DNA of 62,812 nucleotides, counting the filler, from Globobulimina sp. (lineage: Eukaryota): NCBI GenBank assembly GCA_003354225.1. It is 36 parts of 36 records of this genome, joined end to end, with 100 filler letters (N's around TTAATTAATTAA, not from the genome) between each part and the next. Parts side by side here need not be neighbours in the genome. Positions count along the whole stretch, not along the records: positions 1 to 1,649 come from PIVH01013638.1; positions 1,750 to 3,398 come from PIVH01013639.1; positions 3,499 to 5,147 come from PIVH01013640.1; positions 5,248 to 6,896 come from PIVH01013641.1; positions 6,997 to 8,644 come from PIVH01013642.1; positions 8,745 to 10,392 come from PIVH01013643.1; positions 10,493 to 12,140 come from PIVH01013644.1; 29 more parts are not named here. The stretch is one strand, 5' to 3'. A program made the position numbers and the translations under genes. The stretch's first letter is position 1; every line of letters starts with the position of its first letter. Shown in pieces: positions 1 to 12,240 of the stretch. The notes below the pieces were generated by a model. It was not told the DNA's origin. It worked only from the letters and a program-made list of their open reading frames with translations, and searched no databases.

Positions 1-397
1 TCAATATCTGGTTCAAACGCTGCATTGGCGGACACAGCTGTCAGTTGAGTAAAATGTTTAATTCGAAAACAGTTAAAAAACTTTTGTGAAGTGTGAAAAC
101 TAACGATGACTAAATACACGATATCACACGCAAACAACAAAACATATACAAAGAGCATCCAGTCAAAGCAAACCGTTTCTGGTGATTGATAAAGGTAAAA
201 ATCTGACGCTGGAAACCTGATGCTCTTTGGTTTAGATTTCATTTTTTAAATAAGAAGATTGTACTTTTTCTAAAACGTATGATGAAATAACAGTTTGCAT
301 TGGTTTGCCGTGGAGATTCGTATTTTTTCATCATACATACTTTTAGGAAGAGTACCCATATATTCTTTGTTCTTTTTACTTGTTTGATCCAATCATA

Positions 398-745
398 TTA
401 TTTTGCAATTGTTTTATCTTTCTTTTGGGAACAAATATTGAGCAAAAAATCAATAATATTGCTTGATTTGGATATGATTGTTTTTGTATTGTCTTCAAGA
501 AACATAATAAATTGCGTGGGCGAAGATATTTTGCCTCTGTATATTGCGGATAAAGCAAATATACCACCTATCAAAAATAATATGTATAACACCATTTCCA
601 TTATTTTATCTGCAAAATTATGTGAGTTGTTTGTATATGCATCTGAATGCAACAATATTTGAGATGTGCGAGTATGAACTAATGCATTCCGTTCATTTAA
701 TGAATAATATCGCAATGTAGCTGTCCTTCTTGAGGCAACTGCCAT
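398..745 (-). CDS. Hypothetical small protein with one hydrophobic segment
   Basis: 115-aa ATG-initiated ORF with a TM-like stretch (MVLYILFLIGGIFALSAIY), head-to-head with the GST; no recognised domain. Confidence 0.35.
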   Translation of the reverse strand: MAVASRRTATLRYYSLNERNALVHTRTSQILLHSDAYTNNSHNFADKIMEMVLYILFLIGGIFALSAIYRGKISSPTQFIMFLEDNTKTIISKSSNIIDFLLNICSQKKDKTIAK

Positions 746-785
746 TATGATTTGAGTTTAATTTAAGAGTAAGTTTTGTTAAACC

Positions 786-1535
786 ATGATGCAACTTTTG
801 TTATTTTCTTTGTTGTATGTTGTACATGGTATTGATGGTGAAATACCAACAAATATAAAAGTAACATATTTCCGTGTGCCAGGCAGAGGACATCCAATTC
901 GCACTGCGCTGTATTTAGCTGATATAGCATATGAAGAAGAGATATTAGAATGGAATGCATTCGTTGAAATAAGGAATAAAGATGAATTGGAATGGTTTGG
1001 TTTACCAGAATTAACATTGACATTCACGGATAATAAGGTTGTAAAAGTTGGACAATCCATTGCTATTTTAACTTATATTGGGAAATTATCTGGACTTTAT
1101 CCAACAGATTATTTAAATCAATTATATGTCGATGAATTATTAAATGCAGCGGAAGATTTGGGAAATATTATGAGGCCCAGTTACAAAGAAAATGATATGG
1201 CAAAAAAATTAGAAATGAGAAAAGCTTTAATTGCTGATACAACACATAAAGGCATCCAATATTGGTTCAGAAAATTTGAAAAAAAATTGAGGAAAAATCA
1301 AGAAAATGCTGGAGGTTCAGCTTATTTTGTTGGTAATAAAATGACCATTGCTGATTTAAGATTATATTATTATTTTAATGCATTTTATCAAAATAAATAT
1401 GAGGGAATTGATGGTAAAAGTATATTGGATCAAAGTTATCCTCATATTGCTGTATTTTTAAAGACTATGGACCATAACGAGAAAATTAATCTATTTAAAG
1501 ATGAATATGATCATAAAAATAAAAAAGAATTGTAA
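786..1535 (+). CDS. Glutathione S-transferase (sigma-class-like) with signal peptide and C-terminal KKEL
   Basis: KVTYFxxxGRGxPIR N-terminus, FGLPEL, GQSIAILTYIGK, YFVGNKMTIADL; hydrophobic leader; ends KNKKEL. Confidence 0.92.
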   Translation: MMQLLLFSLLYVVHGIDGEIPTNIKVTYFRVPGRGHPIRTALYLADIAYEEEILEWNAFVEIRNKDELEWFGLPELTLTFTDNKVVKVGQSIAILTYIGKLSGLYPTDYLNQLYVDELLNAAEDLGNIMRPSYKENDMAKKLEMRKALIADTTHKGIQYWFRKFEKKLRKNQENAGGSAYFVGNKMTIADLRLYYYFNAFYQNKYEGIDGKSILDQSYPHIAVFLKTMDHNEKINLFKDEYDHKNKKEL

Positions 1536-1649
1536 ATTCTATAATATGATGAATAGCTCCGCATCACGAAGAAAATCTTAATATCAGGGTTCTCACCTCA
1601 TAGACGACAAATTTTTACCTTTATTGCATAGATTTGTGTCTTCTTTCAT

Positions 1650-1749
1650 NNNNNNNNNNNNNNNNNNNNNNNNNNNNNNNNNNNNNNNNNNNNTTAATTA
1701 ATTAANNNNNNNNNNNNNNNNNNNNNNNNNNNNNNNNNNNNNNNNNNNN
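1650..1749. other. Artificial contig-joining linker (44 N + TTAATTAATTAA + 44 N); first of 35 such linkers spaced ~1,748 bp apart
   Basis: Same N-flanked 12-mer with stops in all six frames recurs throughout; the intervening segments shrink from 1649 to 1647 bp, i.e. length-sorted contigs. Confidence 0.99.
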
Positions 1750-2610
1750 TTATTTGTTGGTGGGATAAATCGACATACGTTTGCCACAATTATTAATGCA
1801 ATGTCAGGTGACAATTATATAGGGTATGTACAGGGCATCAGACAAATGACATATTGTATGACAAATTGGAATGTGCCATTGGATATGTTGCGTCCTGACC
1901 GACCTACTAAACGTGACGAAAAGCAAATGGTTTTCAGACTTATGTTGCATGAGTTTTATGTATCTGGTAAATATAAATCAGATCAGAAATTAGCAGTGGA
2001 ATTCACATCCTGTCCTCCATACATCACGAGATTATTACATGCGCATTGCACCAATGTGAGGGCCATTGTATTTGGCGATGAGTTGTATCCAAACTGTAAG
2101 GAACAAAATTTTATATTTAAGCAATTTTTTCAATTAGAAAATAAATGGATCGATTTAGAACGATTAATGACAATTTTTCCGAAATTGGATTTGGTTTTCT
2201 TTCAATTTGAAAAGTTTGCGGAAATTACCAAATCGTTGGGAATCACGTTTGAATTTATGAAAAATAATGAAAGCACAATTCGGATGATTTTAGTCAAAGT
2301 GGAGAAGAGTAATGAGATGGAAGAAGAAGTCAATAAATACAGAAATGCGTTTGAGTCCATTGGATATAATTTGAGAGTACGTAATATTGATGAACATTTT
2401 ATAAAGGATTTTGCTAAAGAGTTAGGAATTGGTGTTGCTGAATCTCAAATGTTATTCGGTGCTATCAAGTCCATTGATAATGTAGTTAATGTTGCAAACT
2501 TGATTGGAAAAATTTACAAGGTTGGCAAAATACAAAAGTTTACAGATAAGCATGCAAAGCATATACAAGCAAATGTACAAGGTCTTATTGTACAGATAAA
2601 AAAAATGTAA
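1750..2610 (+). CDS. 5'-partial protein; probable C-terminal part of the ART-like family seen at 59432-61065
   Basis: Frame is open from the contig start (LFVGGINRHTFATIINAMSGDNY...); LF(V/I)GG matches the motif right after ExE in the 59432 protein. Confidence 0.55.
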   Translation, partial: LFVGGINRHTFATIINAMSGDNYIGYVQGIRQMTYCMTNWNVPLDMLRPDRPTKRDEKQMVFRLMLHEFYVSGKYKSDQKLAVEFTSCPPYITRLLHAHCTNVRAIVFGDELYPNCKEQNFIFKQFFQLENKWIDLERLMTIFPKLDLVFFQFEKFAEITKSLGITFEFMKNNESTIRMILVKVEKSNEMEEEVNKYRNAFESIGYNLRVRNIDEHFIKDFAKELGIGVAESQMLFGAIKSIDNVVNVANLIGKIYKVGKIQKFTDKHAKHIQANVQGLIVQIKKM

Positions 2611-2773
2611 ATAATTATCTGTGCTGTTTTGGTTTGTGTGTAATATCATTACTTTTTTTTTCTCGTATTTTTACTAATACAGTATTTGATTAGTTTGGTG
2701 GAATAGCGCAGAAACCCAGTTTTTGTTTAATATTTTTTTAGTTGAGTGTTTAGCAAACATCAAAAAAAGGAGC

Positions 2774-3398
2774 ATGTCGTTTAAAACCCTTTCAAGACTA
2801 CCAATAAAACGTTCATTGCGAACATCACGACACACAAAACTCTCGCGACCCACATACTTATCACGTTTTAATGCGACAACTACATTATTTCCGAATATCG
2901 TGTTGGGACCGAAAGACCCAATATTAGGCATTCAAGAATCGTTTGTTGCAGATCCGAATCCAAACAAAGTCTCCTTAGGAATCGGTGCTTACCGTGACGA
3001 TGATGACAAACCATGGATTTTGCCATCTGTACGCAAGGCAGAATCAAAATTAATAAATTCGCCAGATTACAATCATGAATATTTCCCAATCTCTGGTTCA
3101 GCAAAGTTATGCACCGAAGCAAAAAAATTAATGTACGGAGATAACGCTGCAGACTTAGACAATATGGTTGCGATGCAATCCTTGTCTGGTACCGGCTCAT
3201 TGCGTGTTTTGTTTGGTTTTATTAAGCAGCAATGGCAAATTAGTTCGCCATACGCTGATTTGCCACCAATTTACGTACCAAATCCGCCCTGGGGCAATCA
3301 CAAAAGTATTGCGGCTCATTCCGGTCTACAATCCATTGATTATCCATATTATGACCCAAACACAAATGGTTTGGATTTTGAAAATATGCTAACTTTTT
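2774..3398 (+). CDS. GOT2: Mitochondrial aspartate aminotransferase, 3'-partial
   Basis: Arg/Ser-rich presequence, then GPKDPILG, KVSLGIGAYRDD, PWILPSVRKAE, QSLSGTGSLR, YVPNPPWGNH. Confidence 0.93.
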
Positions 3399-3498
3399 NN
3401 NNNNNNNNNNNNNNNNNNNNNNNNNNNNNNNNNNNNNNNNNNTTAATTAATTAANNNNNNNNNNNNNNNNNNNNNNNNNNNNNNNNNNNNNNNNNNNN

Positions 3499-4480
3499 TA
3501 CATTATTTGATATGTCAATGCTGTGTTTACGTCCAAATGTTTCCACAAAATGATCCACTAATCTTTCGTCAAAATTATTACCTCCAATATAAGCATCACT
3601 TGCTGCAGACAGTATTTCAAAGACACCGTCATCGAGTTCTAATAATGTTACATCCAATGTATTTCCGCCTAAATCATAAACCAAAAACAATGCCTCATTT
3701 TGCATTTTATCCAATCCATATGCATAAGCTGCTGCTACTGCTTCGTTAATCACACGCAATGCATGTAAGCCTGCATCGGATGCAGCTTGTTTTGTTGCCT
3801 TATTGTTTATAGAAGGAAATACGACTTACCATAAAGATTAAAAAGACAGCTCATTTATTATGACGAATCATTACGAAAGATGGCGTGTATTAAACTAAAC
3901 TTTTCTTTGTTCGTCGTTAAAATAGACAGGAACTGTTACAATTGCCGCAGTTGGTTGTTGACCGATATAGGCTGCAGCTGTTTGTTTGATTTGTGACAAT
4001 ATTATTTGTGCAATTTGCGTTGGAGTGTATTCGCGTGGTTGTGTTTGATAATTGACTGCAATGACAGGCCCAGAATTGCTTCCATTTTTTACTTGGAATG
4101 GAAAGGACTGGAAATATGTTTGGATTTGTTCGTCATATTTTCGACCAATCATTCTTTATCGTGTAATTTTATAGAATTTGAATATAAAATATATAACGAT
4201 GAAGAAAACTTTACCTTTTTGTTTGATGCACGGTATTGTTTGGATTAACAACAAATTGATTTCCATATTTGTAAATTTCGTCACCAACTAATATTTCGTG
4301 ATCAGTGAATGATACAATTGATGGCGTGACTCGATTGCCCCACGCATTTGGAATAATCTCCACCTTCCCCTGTTCCATAACACCGACACATGAAAATGTG
4401 CTGCCTAAATCCACACCAATGATATAACCACCGACTAAACACAATATGCTTGAAATTACTGCAATCTGTAATAAAGTCAT
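3499..4480 (-). CDS. Divergent signal-peptide-bearing Hsp70 (BiP/HSPA13-like), 3 exons, 3'-partial
   Basis: [26 protein letters not shown] restored by GT-AG intron 4214-4154, [18 protein letters not shown] restored by intron 3900-3799, [21 protein letters not shown]. Confidence 0.9.
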
Positions 4481-4679
4481 GTTTGTGAAACGGAAGTATT
4501 GGTGATGTTTGTTGTTGGAAACTTTACTGTTTTTCTTTAGTCTTGTTAGATGTGGCCATTGTAAACGTCAACGCTCAGCAGATAGAAAGCGACTATTACC
4601 TATATTTAACACCATCATCAGTGGATATATCCCACAAATCATAATATTTATTAATATTGTATAAAAAATAAGAATAAAA

Positions 4680-5147
4680 ATGTTAAAAAAAAGTGGTAAT
4701 CGGGAAAACAGAAAGAAAAACACGACATTATCAGCACGTAGATTATTAATGGTATATCTACCTCAGTTACAAACCGTAGCCTTACGCAAACATCACACAT
4801 TACGCCAATCCTGTGACGAATATATAAAAAAATTAAAATCAGAAAAGAACCGCAAATTATCTGCAGATTATTATTTCGAACCTTTTCGAATCGCGTGTCA
4901 GACAAAGTACCCTGACACAGTGCATGTTGCCTTAAATGGAATACAAAACTTAGTCGCAGGCGGCTATCTAACCGGCGATAGGATGGTGAAAATGTCAGAC
5001 GCACAGCAAGCACCACTCATTGACATCATTGTGAAAACCATTTGTGAGTGTTGCGACATCCCCCAGTTCTCCACTCAATTGATGGTTATCAACACATTAT
5101 TAAATCTATGCACTTGTGGCACTACAGAGCTGCACGGCGACTCTCTA
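4680..5147 (+). CDS. Large ARF-GEF (BIG/Sec7 family) N-terminal DCB domain, 3'-partial
   Basis: ADYYFEPFRIACQTK...ALNGIQNLVAGGYL...LIDIIVKTICEC...QLMVINTLL...LHGDSL is the DCB signature. Confidence 0.85.
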
Positions 5148-5678
5148 NNNNNNNNNNNNNNNNNNNNNNNNNNNNNNNNNNNNNNNNNNNNTTAATTAAT
5201 TAANNNNNNNNNNNNNNNNNNNNNNNNNNNNNNNNNNNNNNNNNNNNTGACGAGAAAAGAAATGAAGCCTTGCATATTTAGGTAATTGCGACCGCATATA
5301 GGCGCCATTATATTTTCATCTGTCCTTTAAATTAAACATACCATTTATAATTAAACAAATGAATGTAAATTGTAAATCTCTTATAACCGCTTGAATCCAA
5401 AAAGAAAAGCGTACTGCAATAATTTGAATAAATTAACGTGTACACAATCAATTATAAAATCGAGCAATAATGCTTCACGTGATACTTTTCCAGGACTCAG
5501 TACTTTTTTTGGTGATAACTGGCATTTGATAAAATAATGTATTTCTATGTCACAAAAAGTATCAAACAGAATTTATGACAGTTTTTTGCTTGTAAATAAT
5601 TGTAATTCAAATACATTTTTTGTAACATCTTTACTTCTCACTAAAGACCATACTCTCGCAATTTTTTTGTGACACAAA

Positions 5679-6896
5679 GTGGCTTTAACGAACTCTTGGT
5701 TCTACACAGAAAGTGAGTACTACGCTTACCAGTATTCGCTCGAAATTTCGATATTAATCGACGTTGGGCATATACCAAAGAGCATAGCAATAACAATTTA
5801 TACGTTATTACCTGAGAATAATTCAGTAGTTTTACAGCATGAAGAAGAAATATATGAATATGCAAATACAACAACAATTGATCGCGAAGGAGGCAGATGG
5901 CATGAACTGTGGACAGATTTTATTAAATACGATGAGCAATTTAGAGCCGAATGGCATGAATATGTCACAAGATGTGAATCCTATGACATTGAAGAGGCAG
6001 AATTTGATTATTTCGAATGAAGATATATTGAGTACGCAAAAAAAAGGCATATCGCCTTCAAAAAAAGAAAAACAAAAACAAAGCAAACGTCCCAGTAAAC
6101 CGCCTATAAAATTAAAGAATTTTGAACGCGACAAAGGCGATACGCCAATCAGTGATTTTTATAAACAAAATTTAAACAAAATAACAGCGGCAACACCAAA
6201 GCTTACATCGCGCCGTGGATTAAAAAGAAAAAGAAACGACGACACTGACAATAATGGTAACGTTACAATTAAAATCAATGGGAAATCAAAGAAAATTAGT
6301 TCCGCGCGAAAGAAAACAAAGGCATTAGATATTTACGAATATAATTCTGATTCAAGTGCGTCGTCGGCTGATATCCCAATCTCTGATTTAATTTGTGAAT
6401 TAAATAAAAAATCACATATTAAAAACAAAACAAACAATATTAATAAATGTATACATAACAAACAATCAAATAAATATAAATGCAATGTTTGTAAACGCAA
6501 ATATTCACTATCTTTCTTAACTAAAAGTAGCGAAATTCCGCACAATGATTCCGATCTAATTTGCGAGATTTGCCGATACAAAATCAACGATAAAAATATT
6601 GCACGTAAATCTGAAGTGACTCACTCTGTAAATAAAAACTTTGAGTCTGAAAATAAAGAGACCGCCAATTTGAAAGTTGCGGTGAAATGTTATAAGATGA
6701 ATTGCACAAATTATATACAAACTGATTATAATATTAAACAAATTGAACACTGCAATGTAACGTGCATTACATGCAACATTGATGCAAATGGAAATACATT
6801 AAACAAAATTAAATATGAATGGAATTGTCCGCGTAAAGATTGTAACGGTGGCCCCTGGCTAACGTTATATGGCTTTATTAAACATTTTAAGCGAAT
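5679..6896 (+). CDS. Hypothetical Lys/Asn-rich protein with CxxC pairs and C-terminal C2H2-like motif; probable frameshift near 6012
   Basis: ORF 5679-6020 and ORF 5839-end are joined by removing one T in gattatttcgaat; NLS-like KRKR; CNVC, CEIC, CITC, CPRKDC...H. Confidence 0.45.
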
Positions 6897-6996
6897 NNNN
6901 NNNNNNNNNNNNNNNNNNNNNNNNNNNNNNNNNNNNNNNNTTAATTAATTAANNNNNNNNNNNNNNNNNNNNNNNNNNNNNNNNNNNNNNNNNNNN

Positions 6997-7569
6997 TTTA
7001 TAAAGATACTTAAAAAACACACACTTGCACACTTTGACACAACTCAAAATAAACAGATCATCTGCATTACATTTGATGATATGATGTAGTTGATGCCATG
7101 CTTTTTCTGTCGTTTGTTTGACTCCGGAACCTGACAAATAAGCCCATCGTTTGCAGCCATGCAATGCCGCCGCTTTGGCAACTTTTATATTTGGCTCATG
7201 TTCGCGTTTAACAAAATCTGTCTCATTCTTGACATCAGCGGTATACACCCCAATGCACGACAATCCTGCACTGAATTGAAGCCCTTTGAATTGTTTCTCT
7301 ATATCAGCATCATAATCAATTTTCAAATGTTGCAATTTTGTTATATCATCAGATTTTTCTTCCAAGCCATAAAACTGTGGCGGTGGTTCTTTGCTTCTTG
7401 TTAAGGCAATGACGGAGGAAACACGCGGATCACGGACTAATACGTTAACGCAATGACGTCCAACTGAGCCCGTGGCTCCTGCGACTACAACAATATTGCA
7501 TTTATTATCCACATCGTTTTCTTTCTTATCATTATCATCTATATTTACTGCTTGTTTTAGCTCAGCCAT
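6997..7569 (-). CDS. TIP30/CC3-like atypical SDR NAD(P)-binding oxidoreductase, 3'-partial
   Basis: VVVAGATGSVG Rossmann motif, VIALTR, SCIG, KVAKAA..GCKRWAYLSG. Confidence 0.8.
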
Positions 7570-7941
7570 GCATATATGCTTCGGTTCTTGCAATTTGCAA
7601 GTTTTTGTTACAAAAAGTTTAAGAGCAAAGGGATTCGGCCTTTTGTTGAGTGTTAGAAGATTTAGGAGTAGAGGTAATAAGATCGATAAGAAAATAAATT
7701 AATCTAATTCGACAATATTATTCTCAAAAATAATATTTTTGCCATACGTAACTAACATCTAGATCCAGTGGAAACCAATCAAAATGTTTTCGATCAATCA
7801 AAATGTATTATGAGATATATTTGTATTTTGTCACACCTTACAATGGGTTAACACTGCTTGATATTTAATACGATATTATCTAATTTATATACATGTAGAG
7901 TACTTTTAAATCCTCGAATGGTTTTTGTAGAAGTTTAAGTT

Positions 7942-8645
7942 TTAATGCGTCTCATATTCATTTTCTTCCATTTCTATTTGTGATTCGCTTAGCTGTGATT
8001 GCATACGTTGTGCAATTACCTGTCGTTCGATTCTCTTAAATTGTCTTCGTGCTTCAATAGTAAACGCAGTGACTGCAATGATAGTAACTGCAGCTCCGAC
8101 AATCAAAATTAGCAAAGCTTGTGGTGATTTTGAAACGGATGATTCTGCGTTGGCGATATCACTCAAATGGCTAACGGTGGAACCAACAATCGCACAAAAT
8201 ATAGAGCCGGGGAGGATGCCAATTAATCCAAACGCATATTGTATTGGTTTGATTGATGTAACCCCAAATACATAATTTTCCACCACAAAGGGCAACAAAG
8301 GAGACAGTCGTAGGAGTACAGCAACTTTGAATCCGTGATTTTGGACAACCGATTCGATGACTATAAATTTGATGTTATTTCGTGCAAATCGAAGTACACA
8401 ATCTCGGAATAAATAACGCGACATAAAAAACGATGCAGCCGCACCCAACGAACTTCCAATCCAAACAATGCTGTGTATTACGTACGAATTAAATATAAAA
8501 CAATGAAAATAAAATAAAATAAAAACTTAACAAAATAGAGAGGATTAACCCCGGTGTTTCGAATTGGTGGAAATACACAAATCCGCAACCAATGGCTATG
8601 ATAGAGGCAGGAATAGCAACAGTCGTTAATACAGCGAATGACAGN
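7942..8645 (-). CDS. TVP38/TMEM64 (DedA/VTT-domain) membrane protein, 5'-partial, probable intron ~8471-8531
   Basis: GFKVAVLLRLSPLLPF..NYVFGVT, GILPG; multiple TM helices. Confidence 0.88.
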
Positions 8646-8988
8646 NNNNNNNNNNNNNNNNNNNNNNNNNNNNNNNNNNNNNNNNNNNTTAATTAATTAA
8701 NNNNNNNNNNNNNNNNNNNNNNNNNNNNNNNNNNNNNNNNNNNNAAAGCATCATATTTTCCCGTGTTGACATATTCTGATTCTAAAAGAAAACGGTTGTT
8801 TATTAGAAATAGTATCTGCACGATGGATTTCTTTTTGTTTGTTTTACTTTTTTTTTAATTTATTGATGTACCTATATTAGTATGTGATGCTTGCTTTGCA
8901 TTGCTAAAGCATCAGCATCAGCATTGATTTCATAATTGATATTACTTGAAATACCAACTAAGGTCTAGTCGTCACCAAGTAACTAAGC

Positions 8989-10392
8989 ATGGCAGATACA
9001 GTAACAGCTGGTCAGCAAAATCCAAACCAAATCTCATTTGATATTTATAAGCTAATATCATCATCGCGAAGCAAACATGGTGTACCAACTCAAAATTATA
9101 ATATTTATCGAAAATATCTATCCAAACACTTGGCAGAGTTACGTAAAACATTAAAAATGCAATGCTTAGACCCCAAAAATAGCAAAAAAAACCAAGCTAA
9201 CAATGCCGTACAAAATAAATTGAAAAAAGAGAGATTAAAAAAAATAAAATCTGGTAAATTAAAAATCGAACGTGATCCAAATTGGAACCCAAAGTATAAA
9301 AAATATGCCAAAAAGGCGAGTACATGGAAAAAAAGAGAGGTTCGTAGCGCTGATTTAATTAAAAATGGTGCAGAATGTTTATTAATTTCATTATTTTTAT
9401 GTGAGCGCGCTTGGGCTTTCTCAAAATCTATTTATGAATCATATGACGAAGACAATAAACGCAAATATCATCACAGCAATTCACGATTAAAAAAATCTAT
9501 TTTTCATGCAAATAAATTATTTAATTTATTATTGTCCATCAAGTCAATGAATAAAGATACCGTTTGTCAGTCATTTGGTTATTTATCATGGCTAAAATCA
9601 ACATATTATTTACAGACTGAACAGATCGAACTATCCTTTGTTGAGTATTTAAAATCAATCAAAATTACACATCATTCATTGTCGTATTTAGACCGTAATT
9701 TAAATGAAAAATTATCATATTTTAATCAAAATATTAACAAACAAAAAAGAGTTCAAATTGAACAAAATGTGGATAAATTTATCAACGATTTAAAAGAAAA
9801 AGAAAAGTTACAACTCGCCGATGAGGGAAAAGAAGAAAAAGAAGAAGAAGATATTGCTGCCATTGTCTATATACAATACGATGAAAATAAAATAATTATA
9901 CCGAATATTGATAATTTACAAGAATTAATTACATTGATATTAGCCATAAAAATGAAAATAAACACAGAAACACAGATGAATTCATTCAAAAAAATGGCAA
10001 TGTTTACAAAGGCTGTCTTACTCATTGGAAGTGCATTAAATATCATTCAAAAACAACTAAAAAAAGCAGAAACCGACAGAAATTTTCGAATTGAAAAATA
10101 TTTATTATTTGAAAAATTACGGTTTTCCATTTGCAGACAATATTTGTGGATAAAAACTAAAAACAAAACACGAAATAAACACAAAATATTATATGAATTG
10201 GCGGTTTTGAGCGAATTACAAATCACAAATTTAGACGAATTGGCCACAATTAATGATTTAACAAATTATAAAGTATTTATGCAACAAATTGATATTTTAA
10301 GGAATTTGTTTGAAATTTATAGAAAATATTTTATCGCAAAAATTTATTATTTCTCAGTTAAAAATTATATGATTTCATATCGGATACTTTAT
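8989..10392 (+). CDS. SRP68: Signal recognition particle subunit SRP68, 3'-partial
   Basis: SRSKHGVxxxNYxxYRxYL, LFLCERAWAFS, HHSNSRLKKS motifs of the SRP68 RNA-binding domain. Confidence 0.85.
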
Positions 10393-10945
10393 NNNNNNNN
10401 NNNNNNNNNNNNNNNNNNNNNNNNNNNNNNNNNNNNTTAATTAATTAANNNNNNNNNNNNNNNNNNNNNNNNNNNNNNNNNNNNNNNNNNNNGTTTCCGA
10501 ACATACTTGTTGTACTCAGGGTGAAACGGTGGGATTAAACGTTCCAGCGACAATTACCAAATACGACAAAAGCAACACAATATAAGAATGTTGCAATATT
10601 AAAATATAATTATACACACATAAAACATCCATGGGATATCAAACAATAATGATCTGTACAATTTCAATTCTGACCGACAATATCACTGCAATATTAATTC
10701 CATACTATTTCAGCGATTTATTTCATATGACGCATCTTCATCCAAAGTAAGGTCGGATTTTGTTTTCAGCTAATAATTATTATACAAACATGGTATCATT
10801 AACAATAACACTCCATCTCCACCAAATGTTTAAAATGTGAAAAGAGTAAAAAACGAAAAGATCAGAAAAAGAACACAATAATTTAAATCATAGTCAATCA
10901 ATCATATAAATGTTTTATTTTCTTTTTTTTTTTCCTTTTTCTTTT

Positions 10946-12140
10946 TCATCTTTTATCCCATCTTTTAAATATCAATGTGAATAATCCAATGAAATGGAAG
11001 AGCATTAGAAATGCGACTAAACCAAGAAAATATATCCATTCACCTGCGCCATGAGAAGGGAAAAATTGTTCTTTTGTCAAATTGTCAAATAAAGCAGCAC
11101 CGTCAATACCGTCCGTTTTTTGTGGATTCCATTGTACTAATTGGGTGCCAGCAAAATAGAATAAGGCATATTTAAAGAAATTGAATGCATTCACAATCTG
11201 CGAGGCATAGTTCATCGCAGTTAATCGGATTAAAAAGCCACCAAACATTCTGCATAAGGTACATATGGTGGTATACAATACATTGCCGACCCCTTCATTC
11301 GGTGTACAGATTGCCAGCATTTGGCTGAAGGTGGTGGCGGTCATCAACATTACTAACACGCCGATGAAATATAAGAAACACGCAATTGTATGCTCATATA
11401 AATTGGCAGGCGGTCCGCCACCATACGCCATGGGATAAATAAAGGCAACAAACAATATGGTTTGCAACAATATCAATGGAAACTGCGCCATTACGCGGGC
11501 CATATAATAGGGAATGACTGAATAGAATTTGCTGTCAATCTCCCTGTAAAACATAGCTCGTTCATGCACCAATAATGGGATTTCCTGCGCTGCAGACTCC
11601 GAGGTATACACCACTGTGACATACAAGATGGATAAGAACATATTCTGTTTGAAGTTGTACTCTTCCCATCCCATAATATTCCAATATAAGATGCCTAATA
11701 ACAATCCCATCACAGCGCCACTTAACAAACGCACCAAAACTCCGATCGAATCTCTTGTGAAAAACTTCCAACTCCGTTTTGTGAGACACACCATTTGCGT
11801 CATAAATGAGGTCGCATACAAACTGTCAAATGTTAATGGCGTCACATCCAACGGTGTGATTTTGTTCTGCTCCAAGTCATTTACGATTTGCTTCCATTCT
11901 TTGGATTGTGTCCAAATATCATTTGCAGATTCTTGGCCATGCTGTGCCGCTTCAATGGCTTCAATGGCAAAATCTGCCGGATTCTTACCCTTCGGAATGG
12001 CGCCAAAGCCATGTTTCTTATAATAATGCGGTAATTTCTTGATATCATCAAAATAAACCATTTTGCCGCCAGCTTGTAATAGTAATATTTTATCGAATAG
12101 ACTGAATACTTCGGCTGATGGCTGATGAATGGTGCAAATG
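10946..12140 (-). CDS. ABCG (White/PDR-type) transporter, C-terminal part, 5'-partial
   Basis: ICTIHQPSAEVFSLFDKILLL H-loop, NPADF, ERAMFYRE, then ABC2-type TM domain. Confidence 0.95.
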
Positions 12141-12240
12141 NNNNNNNNNNNNNNNNNNNNNNNNNNNNNNNNNNNNNNNNNNNNTTAATTAATTAANNNN
12201 NNNNNNNNNNNNNNNNNNNNNNNNNNNNNNNNNNNNNNNN

